NCBI GenBank assembly: GCA_015519975.1
Contig: WIAL01000039.1
Location: 17,619-81,618 of the forward strand
Reading direction: 5' to 3'
DNA from: Hydrogenothermaceae bacterium
GTDB lineage: Bacteria; Aquificota; Aquificia; Aquificales; Hydrogenothermaceae
Length of the DNA: 64,000 bases
Shown here in pieces: positions 49,017 to 56,730 of this stretch. Below the pieces are notes generated by a model, which searched no databases, was not told where the DNA came from, and saw only the letters and a program-made list of their open reading frames with translations. The translations under genes and the position numbers were made by a program. The number at the start of each line of letters is the position of its first letter. The first letter of the stretch is position 1.

Positions 49017-49664
49017 ATGCCTTACAGACTCTATCAAGAGGAAAAACAAAAGGCAGTTAATATTTTAAATGAAATTAAAGTAAAACTTTACAGCAGAGGC
49101 TGGTTTCCTGCAACAAGTGGTAATTTGTCTTATAAACTGCATGAAGACCCATTATATTTTGCAGTAACAAGTAGCGGTAAAGATAAAGGAACTGTTACTC
49201 ACGAAGACGTCATTTTTGTTGATAAAGATGCTAAACCTATAGAGCCAACTAAACAAAAACCTTCAGCCGAGACAAAAATACATTCACAGGTTTATCAAAA
49301 AACAGATGCTGGAATGGTTATTCATGTTCATACTGTTAACAACAATTTTATTTCTTCAGTTTATTTTGAAGATGGCTTTGTACCTTTAAAAGATATGGAA
49401 ATGATAAAAGCTCTTGATATATGGAAAGAAGATGCTTTTATAAAATTACCAATAATTGAAAATTACTTTGACCTTGACAAACTTGCTGAGGAAGCAGGAA
49501 AAGCTATAAATCCTGAAGTTCCTGGCATTTTAATAAAAAATCATGGTATATATGCTTGGGGAAAAAATCCATTTGAAGCAAAAAGACATCTTGAAGCGTT
49601 TGAGTTTATGTTTGAATATATGAAAGATATGATTATTTTTAAAGGTTCCAAAAATATTTTTTAG
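49017..49664 (+). CDS. mtnB: methylthioribulose-1-phosphate dehydratase (class II aldolase/adducin family)
   Basis: Class II aldolase fold with Zn-binding His residues (HVHT). Adjacent to the acireductone dioxygenase gene. Confidence 0.65.
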   Translation: MPYRLYQEEKQKAVNILNEIKVKLYSRGWFPATSGNLSYKLHEDPLYFAVTSSGKDKGTVTHEDVIFVDKDAKPIEPTKQKPSAETKIHSQVYQKTDAGMVIHVHTVNNNFISSVYFEDGFVPLKDMEMIKALDIWKEDAFIKLPIIENYFDLDKLAEEAGKAINPEVPGILIKNHGIYAWGKNPFEAKRHLEAFEFMFEYMKDMIIFKGSKNIF

Positions 49665-49676
49665 GAGGTGCAAAAT

Positions 49677-50216
49677 ATGCCAAAATTAGTTTTTAAAGAT
49701 AGTGGGAAAGTAATAGAAAATCCAGATGAAATAAAATCATTTTTATCAAAATACGGCGTTTTATACGATCAGTGGGGAGTAGATAGACTTCCTCAAAAAT
49801 TAATAGAAGACTATAACTTAACAGAAGAAGAACAACAACAAATAATTGACGCGTATAAGGAAGAGCTTGAAAAATTAAAAGCAGAAAAAGGATATATTAC
49901 AGAAGATATAGTTGTCCTTCATGAAGGAACGCCAAATTTAGAAGCACTTCTTGAAAAATTTAAAAGAGAACATCACCATACAGACGATGAAGTTAGATTT
50001 GTAGTTCACGGAAGTGGAGTTTTTCCTTTAAAGCTTGATGGGGAAGTTGTTGAAGTTTGGGTGGAAGCTGGAGATTTAATTGTTGTTCCTGCAGGAACCA
50101 GACACTGGTTTGAGCTTGATGAAAATAGAAAAATTAAATGTATAAGAGTATTTAAAACTCCTGCAGGCTGGGAAGCAATATATGATGAAAACTGCAAAGC
50201 TACTATGAACGATTAA
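49677..50216 (+). CDS. mtnD: acireductone dioxygenase (ARD, cupin)
   Basis: HHHTDDEVRFVVHGSG cupin metal-binding motif. Confidence 0.8.
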   Translation: MPKLVFKDSGKVIENPDEIKSFLSKYGVLYDQWGVDRLPQKLIEDYNLTEEEQQQIIDAYKEELEKLKAEKGYITEDIVVLHEGTPNLEALLEKFKREHHHTDDEVRFVVHGSGVFPLKLDGEVVEVWVEAGDLIVVPAGTRHWFELDENRKIKCIRVFKTPAGWEAIYDENCKATMND

Positions 50217-50226
50217 GGAGGGATTT

Positions 50227-50997
50227 ATGGGATTACTTGAAGGTAAAAAAGCTTTAATACTTGGGATTGCAAACCAAAGAAGCATAGCTTATGGGATAGC
50301 AAAAATATTTAAAGAAAACGGTGCAAAAATAGGGATAAACTATCTTAATGAAAAATTTGAAAGGAAATTAAAACCTATCGCTGATGAACTCGAGGCAGAG
50401 ATTTTCCATAAACTTGATGTTTCATCTGATGAAGAAATAGAAGAGTTTTTCAATGTTGTAAAAGAAAAATGGGGAGAAGTGGATATTATAGTCCACTCAA
50501 TAGCGTATGCTAATAAAGAATATTTAAAAGATTATTACTATAGAGTAGACAGGCAGTCTTTCCTGCAGGCTATGGATATAAGTGTTTACTCTTTTACTGC
50601 CCTTGCCAGGCAGTTTTTACCTATTTTAAATGAAGGAGGAAGTTTACTAACTCTTTCGTATTACGGAGCTGAAAAAGTTGTCGTAAATTATAATGTTATG
50701 GGTGTTGCAAAAGCAGCATTAGAGGCTTCAGTAAAATACCTTGCTAGAGATTTAGGAGAAATAAAAAATATTAGAGTAAATGCAATATCAGCAGGACCAA
50801 TAAAAACTCTTGCAGCTGCCGGTATCGACCAATTTTCTAATATTCAAAAACTTACAGAACAAAAGGCACCTTTAAAAAGAAGCGTTACAATTGAAGAGGT
50901 AGGAAAATCTGCACTTTTCTTATGCTCAGATTTAGGTTCTGGAGTTACAGGAGAAGTTTTACATGTTGATGCAGGATACCATGTAATAGGTCTTTAG
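50227..50997 (+). CDS. fabI: enoyl-[acyl-carrier-protein] reductase (NADH)
   Basis: GKKALILGIANQRSIAYGIAK N-terminus. Catalytic Y..K (YYGAEKVV...MGVAKAALE). Confidence 0.9.
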   Translation: MGLLEGKKALILGIANQRSIAYGIAKIFKENGAKIGINYLNEKFERKLKPIADELEAEIFHKLDVSSDEEIEEFFNVVKEKWGEVDIIVHSIAYANKEYLKDYYYRVDRQSFLQAMDISVYSFTALARQFLPILNEGGSLLTLSYYGAEKVVVNYNVMGVAKAALEASVKYLARDLGEIKNIRVNAISAGPIKTLAAAGIDQFSNIQKLTEQKAPLKRSVTIEEVGKSALFLCSDLGSGVTGEVLHVDAGYHVIGL

Positions 50998-51009
50998 AGG
51001 TAAGTTAGA

Positions 51010-51213
51010 ATGAAGATAAAGGTAAATGGGGAATATAAAGAATTCGACAAAGAGGAAATGACAATAACGGAGCTTGTTAAAGAGCTTGGCATAAAAGCAC
51101 CTAATTTTGCAGTTGCTGTAGGTATGGATGTTATTCCTAAAAGTGAGTATGACAGCTTTAAAATCAAAGACGGCGATACGGTAGAAATTGTAACCTTTGT
51201 TGGTGGAGGTTAA
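51010..51213 (+). CDS. thiS: ThiS/MoaD-family sulfur-carrier protein
   Basis: 67 aa ending in GG, ubiquitin-like. Confidence 0.7.
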   Translation: MKIKVNGEYKEFDKEEMTITELVKELGIKAPNFAVAVGMDVIPKSEYDSFKIKDGDTVEIVTFVGGG

Positions 51214-51215
51214 TA

Positions 51216-52400
51216 TTGAACAAGGTCTTAAAGTCTCTAAAGCCTTACCCTATGGATGAACTTAACAGGATAAAGGAGAGACTAAAAAAAGAAGGCAAAA
51301 AAATATACGATTTTGGAACAGGAGACCCAAGAGAACCTACACCACAATTCATAAGAGATGCAGTTAAAAATGCTATTCCAGAGGTTAGTCAGTATCCAAC
51401 TGTAGCAGGAAAAAAAGAGTTAAGGCAGGCTATAGCAAACTATTTAGAAAGAAGATTTAATGTAAATTTAAATCCTGATACACAGATAATTCCATCAAAT
51501 GGCTCTAAAGAAGCCATCTTCCATTTTCCACTTGTTTTCATAGACCCATCAGAAGAAAAAAAGACAGTTATATTTGGAACTCCAGCTTATCCTGTTTATG
51601 AAAGGGGAGCTTTATTTGCAAATGCAGAAGTCTATCCAGTTCAATTAAAAGAGGAAGATAAATTTTTATTAAGATTAGATAAAATTCCAGAAGAAGTTCT
51701 AAAAAAAACAAAAATAGTATGGATAAACTATCCTCACAATCCAACAGGAGCAACGGCAGATAAAAGCTATTTACAGGAAGTTTACGATATCTGCCGAGAA
51801 TATGACATAATTTTGTGTAGTGATGAGTGTTATATAGATATATACTTTAATGAAAAAGATAAACCTATATCTGTTCTTGAAATAGGAACTGAAAATGTTG
51901 TTGCTTTCCACTCATTATCTAAAAGAAGCGGAATGACAGGATACCGCTCTGGTTTTGTAGCAGGAGATGAAAATATTATTCAAACTTATAAAAAATACAG
52001 AACTTCTTTTGGAGTAGCTACTCCTGAGTTTATACAGGAAGGTGCAATAGCTGCTTGGAGTGATGATAAGCATGTAATAAAAAGAAATGAGATTTTTAAA
52101 CAAAAAAGAGATTTATTTATAGAGTTCTTTGATAAGATAGGTCTTGAGTATTTATATCCTAAGGCAACTTTTTATTTTTGGATAAGATCGCCTGATGGTA
52201 TCTCAGCGAAGGATTATGTGAAATCATTACTTGAACATGGTATAGTTACATCTGTAGGAGAGAATTTTTGCGCTGGTATAGAAATAAAAGAAGGGATTTG
52301 TGAAAGTAAATATTTTAGAATAGCGCTTGTCCCTACAGTTGAAGAATGTAAAGAAGCTATAGAAGTTTGGGAAAAGGTTCACGGTTCATTAAAAAATTAA
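51216..52400 (+). CDS. class I/II pyridoxal-phosphate aminotransferase (DapC/aspartate aminotransferase-like)
   Basis: SKRSGMTGYRSGF PLP-lysine region plus aminotransferase fold. TTG start. Confidence 0.75.
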   Translation: MNKVLKSLKPYPMDELNRIKERLKKEGKKIYDFGTGDPREPTPQFIRDAVKNAIPEVSQYPTVAGKKELRQAIANYLERRFNVNLNPDTQIIPSNGSKEAIFHFPLVFIDPSEEKKTVIFGTPAYPVYERGALFANAEVYPVQLKEEDKFLLRLDKIPEEVLKKTKIVWINYPHNPTGATADKSYLQEVYDICREYDIILCSDECYIDIYFNEKDKPISVLEIGTENVVAFHSLSKRSGMTGYRSGFVAGDENIIQTYKKYRTSFGVATPEFIQEGAIAAWSDDKHVIKRNEIFKQKRDLFIEFFDKIGLEYLYPKATFYFWIRSPDGISAKDYVKSLLEHGIVTSVGENFCAGIEIKEGICESKYFRIALVPTVEECKEAIEVWEKVHGSLKN

Positions 52401-52412
52401 TAAGGAGTCAAA

Positions 52413-52784
52413 TTGTATCTTAAACAAACAGCACAAATAACAGCTTTTTCTAGTTTTGCCATAATATACAAACACAATGTGGCTGGTATTTTGATAATTG
52501 ATGATAAGAAAGACTATTTGAAAGATGAAAATTTTATTGATTTTCTCATAGACTTTTCTATTTTTCACACAAACAAAAAAAATTGGGCAGACGTATATTT
52601 TGTTTATGAATCAGATATGTTTTTGATAAAACGCTATTTAGAGCAAGAGATAAAACCGGTTAATCAACTTCTAGTATATAAAGATGGTAGAATGTCAATA
52701 TGCATGCCATTAAAAGTTCTTTATAAAATTTATCTGGATAAAAAAGAAAAAAGCAAAGAGAAAAATCTTATAGATAATATATAA
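52413..52784 (+). CDS. hypothetical protein (first gene of the accessory islet)
   Basis: 123-aa ORF with no recognised motifs. Lies between the intact aminotransferase gene and its duplicated 3' remnant. Confidence 0.4.
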   Translation: MYLKQTAQITAFSSFAIIYKHNVAGILIIDDKKDYLKDENFIDFLIDFSIFHTNKKNWADVYFVYESDMFLIKRYLEQEIKPVNQLLVYKDGRMSICMPLKVLYKIYLDKKEKSKEKNLIDNI

Positions 52785-52810
52785 AATTTCTGTGCAGGCA
52801 TTAAAATAAA

Positions 52811-52906
52811 ATGAATAAATATAAGAGCAGGTGCTTTAGAATTGCGTTACTTCTAACTGTTGAAAACTGCAAAGAAGTAATAAAGATATGGGAAAGGGTG
52901 CATTAG
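52811..52906 (+). pseudogene. 3'-end remnant of a paralogous aminotransferase gene
   Basis: MNKYKSRCFRIALLLTVENCKEVIKIWERVH* aligns with the C-terminus SKYFRIALVPTVEECKEAIEVWEKVH of the gene at 51216-52400, at roughly 70% nucleotide identity. Confidence 0.6.
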
Positions 52907-53114
52907 GAAATGATAGAAAAAACTATAATTTTTAAAATCTAAAAATTAAATCATTTTATAGAGTGATTATGCAGTCTAGAAAAAAATTTAAAATCTAAAT
53001 AAAACAGATAGACGAAAAGATTAGCTTTTCTGTAGAAAAAAACTTAAAAAGATTTAATGAGTTTTTGAAAATTTTTGAAGATTATTTGGAACAAAGGAAA
53101 AAATTATTAATCTG

Positions 53115-53396
53115 TTAAAATTTTAAATCCTTATAAATATCTTTTCTTTTTCCAACTCTTAATATAAGGATAATTAGTTTGTCATCTTCTGTTTCAAAAA
53201 TTGCCCTAATTTTTCTTGATATAACATATCTGTAGTATTTGTCATATCCTTGAAGCTTTTTAACTTTCTTTGTTCTTTTTAAGACTTCAAAGTTTTCTGC
53301 AAGATATTTTAACTTTTCAGCTATAAAAATTCTCTCATCAACAGAAAACTTTTCTAAATCTTTTTCAGCAACTTCAGAAATAAGAAGTTTATACAT
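53115..53396 (-). CDS. type II toxin, RelE/ParE family
   Basis: 93-aa basic protein. Overlaps the upstream antitoxin gene by 8 nt. Confidence 0.7.
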   Translation of the reverse strand: MYKLLISEVAEKDLEKFSVDERIFIAEKLKYLAENFEVLKRTKKVKKLQGYDKYYRYVISRKIRAIFETEDDKLIILILRVGKRKDIYKDLKF

Positions 53397-53622
53397 CTAT
53401 ACCAAGCCTTTTAAATACTTCATCAGCTTCTTTTACTTTTATTTTTCCTTCCTTAATTCCTTTGCTTACTTTTTCTGCCACCATTCCATCTATATAATCT
53501 AAATAAAAATCAAGAGCCTTTTCTACAATCTCACTTTGTGAGACTTTTAGAATTTTTGACACATTTTCCAGTTCTTTTGCAAGACTTTCTTCCATGCTGA
53601 TTAGTTTTTTTACAGTTGCCAT
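53389..53622 (-). CDS. type II antitoxin (ribbon-helix-helix/ParD-like)
   Basis: 77-aa acidic protein upstream of, and overlapping, the RelE/ParE toxin gene. Confidence 0.6.
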   Translation of the reverse strand: MATVKKLISMEESLAKELENVSKILKVSQSEIVEKALDFYLDYIDGMVAEKVSKGIKEGKIKVKEADEVFKRLGIDV

Positions 53623-53784
53623 TTAAATCACCTTTTAATTTTTATATATCTTATAGTATATCTAATTTTATATCTAAGTCAATTTTTTATATATGCAAAA
53701 TTATCAAAAAACCCTTTATATAGAACATAACATTCTAAAAAGTTTCATATACTAAAAACCAAATAATGTTTAGGGGGTTGAAAG

Positions 53785-54135
53785 ATGAAAACTTTTGTAA
53801 AAGGATTAATTTTAGGTGTTGTTTCTTTTTCTATTATTGCATGTTCATCAAGTACTCCAAAATGTTCTGATGGTAGAACAAAAGAGCTTGTGATTAATAT
53901 TGCTAAACAGAAACTTTCAAATATTGGATTTGGAGATGTAATCGATAAGCTTGATTTTAAAGTGGATAATGTAAGAACAATTGAGTATCAAAAAAGTATA
54001 GACAGGTATTCATGTCAGGCTGATTTAATCATAAAAAATAAAGAAAACAATCAATCAAAAAATTTTCCGATAACTTACACAGTCCAGAAAACAGACGACG
54101 GCAAGAAGTTTTATGTTGAGGTTTATGGGTTATAG
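53785..54135 (+). CDS. lipoprotein, hypothetical
   Basis: Signal peptide with IIACSSS lipobox. GGGTTGAAAG RBS. Confidence 0.5.
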   Translation: MKTFVKGLILGVVSFSIIACSSSTPKCSDGRTKELVINIAKQKLSNIGFGDVIDKLDFKVDNVRTIEYQKSIDRYSCQADLIIKNKENNQSKNFPITYTVQKTDDGKKFYVEVYGL

Positions 54136-54352
54136 TAAAATATAGTTATCTTGAAAGGAGAGAGGAAGTGGGCATTTTAAACTATGAAGAAAAACTGGCC
54201 AAATTTTTCCAGAATGCAAAAGATATATATAAAGAAATAAATGTCTCTTATGAGGAAAAACTTAAAGCGTTTTTACAAAAGCTTCAATTGAATATAAAGT
54301 ATATAGAAAAATCAAAAAAGAGATAGGTAAATATCTATCTACAGATTTTAAT

Positions 54353-55172
54353 TTGATGGAAATAATTCAGCCTGATGAAAATAAAATTTCAGATGTAATA
54401 AAACTTTTGTTAGAACCAAATGGCGTTCATGGACAAGGAGCGTTATTCTTGAAAATTTTTCTTAAAAAATTAGAAGAGTTTACAGACAAAAATATATTTA
54501 TCGATTTTTCTAAAGTTAAGATTGAAAGAGAAAAAACTACAGATTTATTAAAAGATAATCAAAATAGAAGGATAGACTTGTTAAAAAAATCTAATAATTA
54601 TGTAATTGGTATAGAAAATAAACCTTGGGCTGGAGAGCAGGAAAACCAATTGAAAGATAATTTTGAAATAACTTGGGATATTGCTGAAAATTTTGAAGAA
54701 ATAAAAAATAATATGAAAATGTTAGTATTAAAATCACTATTTAGGAAATTGGAAGAAGTTTATAGCGATATTGTAATTAGGGAAGATAGTAAATATAAAG
54801 GTTTTTTAGAATTTAAAGGGGGCAAAACCTTTGCATATATACTTCCAAGATTGGGAGAATCTATATAACGATATTCCACCTTTAACCTATGCTTTGGAGT
54901 TCTATTCTCAAAGTTTATTTTTTGGAATTAGAAAAAAAAGTCCTTCAATTCCATATATTGGGAAAATTCCTGAAGATAAAATTTTGATAAGAAATTCAGA
55001 CGTTTTATAATGACAAAGGTTTTCTTTCTTCTGATTGGTGGTTGATATAGAGGTATTTTGAGGAACCTTATCGTTATTTTGATAGTAATGAATTTTATAA
55101 AATCATACTGGATTATGAAATTGAATATATTACTTCTTATTATATAGAAGAGATAAAAAAAATTAGTAAATA
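54353..55172 (+). pseudogene. PD-(D/E)xK nuclease-like gene: intact 171-aa N-terminal ORF (54353-54868) followed by frame-broken coding remnants
   Basis: RRIDLL...YVIGIENKPWAGE fits a D...E-x-K motif. Downstream 54869-55172 has coding-like compositional segments in three frames interrupted by stops. Confidence 0.4.
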
Positions 55173-55289
55173 AAACAAAAGGCTATTTAGATGAGTTTTT
55201 TCAGAATTATAGATGAAAATAAGAATAAACGGTAGTGATAAAATTATTAACAGATTCCTTAGAAAATCAGGTTTAAAAAGGTTATTATT

Positions 55290-55994
55290 ATGACAACACT
55301 ATTAAAATCACAACCCCAAACAGAACAACACAGCTGGACAGATTTTAAAGTATTTATTATTGACGAAAACTCAGAAAGTTATGCAAAGCAGTTAGAAGAA
55401 AGTTTAAACTATCCAAAAAATCCAGATTTAATACATGAAATAGACAAAAACTTTAATCTTGAAGATTTAAAGATTTATAAAAAAGATAAAATAATTTTTG
55501 TCATCACTAACTTTAAAAAAGATTGGCAGAAAAATACAGTTAAAAAAATTATCAACAAATCAAGAGAAAACAAAAGCAAAATCTTGCTTTTGACCTTAAA
55601 TAATCCCCTCTTAGAGTTTAAAAAAGAAGTCTATACCTTCAAAGCAAAAGACGAGAACCAGCTTCTTAAAATACCAGCACTATTAATCGGAAGTGTTTAC
55701 ATTCCCGGACTTGTCTGTATTGACCCAGATGATATATACCAGTTTCTATTTAAAAACGACTATGGGAAAATTGATTATCTTTCATATAATACTTATCCAG
55801 ATAACTTAAACCAGTTTAAAAATTTTATTCAATGAAAATATATCTAAACCTATAAAATCAATATTTACCAATATTAAAATATCTTATGAAAGCCAGTTTA
55901 AAGATGTTGAAAGTGCAGTTTCAATTATAAAAGACATGTTAAATCCAGAAAATATAATCTATTCTGCACATTTTAATAAAGATTTTAAAGATAA
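55290..55994 (+). pseudogene. FtsZ/tubulin-fold-like protein lacking glycine-rich GTP-binding loops, apparently frameshifted near 55810-55830
   Basis: KILLLTLNNPLLEF and IPGLVCIDPDDIYQFLFKNDYGKI resemble the FtsZ T5/T6 and T7-loop regions. Downstream frame (55810-55994) resembles the FtsZ C-terminal domain. No GGGTGTG-type motifs. Confidence 0.35.
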
Positions 55995-56058
55995 AAATAT
56001 GGAAGTAAATCTAATTACATTTAACTGAAGAAATATCAGGGGCATAAGCCCCTTTTGA

Positions 56059-56706
56059 TTATCTTGATAAAATATCTAAGCTGAATTCTTTATTATTGTA
56101 TAAATCAATAGAGTAATTATCCCAGAACACACATGTTCCGCCAGCTATGAATTTACCACCACTTTCAGGGTCGACATATTCAGCAAAAAGCAATGTTTCT
56201 TCTTCCAGCTTTGATTCTGCAGTATCTTCACCATGAACAAGTGGTCTTACATTTGGACTGGTTGTTATTAAACTATCAGTACAGGCAAGCATAACTTTTT
56301 TAACATTTTCAGGGAGATTATATAAATCAGAAGTTACGATTAAAAGATTATCATTTTCATAATTATTAATATTATCAGTAATTATGTCTCCATTGAATTT
56401 AATTCCAAATCTTTCGGATAAAGTATTACAGGTGTCTGCTATTCTATCTTCATTTTTATAATATGCAAAAATTCCAACTGTTTTTCCTTTTTTTACAAGT
56501 TCTTCAATAAATTTTGCTTCATTTTCTGTAAATGGGATTTCTGGATAGTTAAAAACTATAGTGTCGTAATTTGCAAGTTTTTCAAACTCATCAACTTCTT
56601 CAACCTGCATACCTGCTTCCTTTATGTATCTTTGAAGTTTTGAAAAATAGTAATGATCTGATATTATGAATTCCTGATGTGATACACTCCATCCTATTTT
56701 TCTCAA
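56059..56706 (-). CDS. DUF4350-like (glutamine-amidotransferase-like fold) hypothetical protein
   Basis: YDTIVFNYPEIPFTENEAKFIEELVKKGKTVGIFA pattern typical of DUF4350/ThuA-like proteins. Confidence 0.45.
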   Translation of the reverse strand: MRKIGWSVSHQEFIISDHYYFSKLQRYIKEAGMQVEEVDEFEKLANYDTIVFNYPEIPFTENEAKFIEELVKKGKTVGIFAYYKNEDRIADTCNTLSERFGIKFNGDIITDNINNYENDNLLIVTSDLYNLPENVKKVMLACTDSLITTSPNVRPLVHGEDTAESKLEEETLLFAEYVDPESGGKFIAGGTCVFWDNYSIDLYNNKEFSLDILSR

Positions 56707-56730
56707 AATTTAAAACCTCCTTTTTCTTTA

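Noticed and set aside
49011-49023. Apparent 1-nt offset between my counted position of the mtnB start (GTG at 49012, ATG at 49018) and the ORF-track coordinate (49011).
   Set aside because: Most likely my counting error at a line boundary. The track's frame and end coordinate are self-consistent, so no frameshift is claimed.
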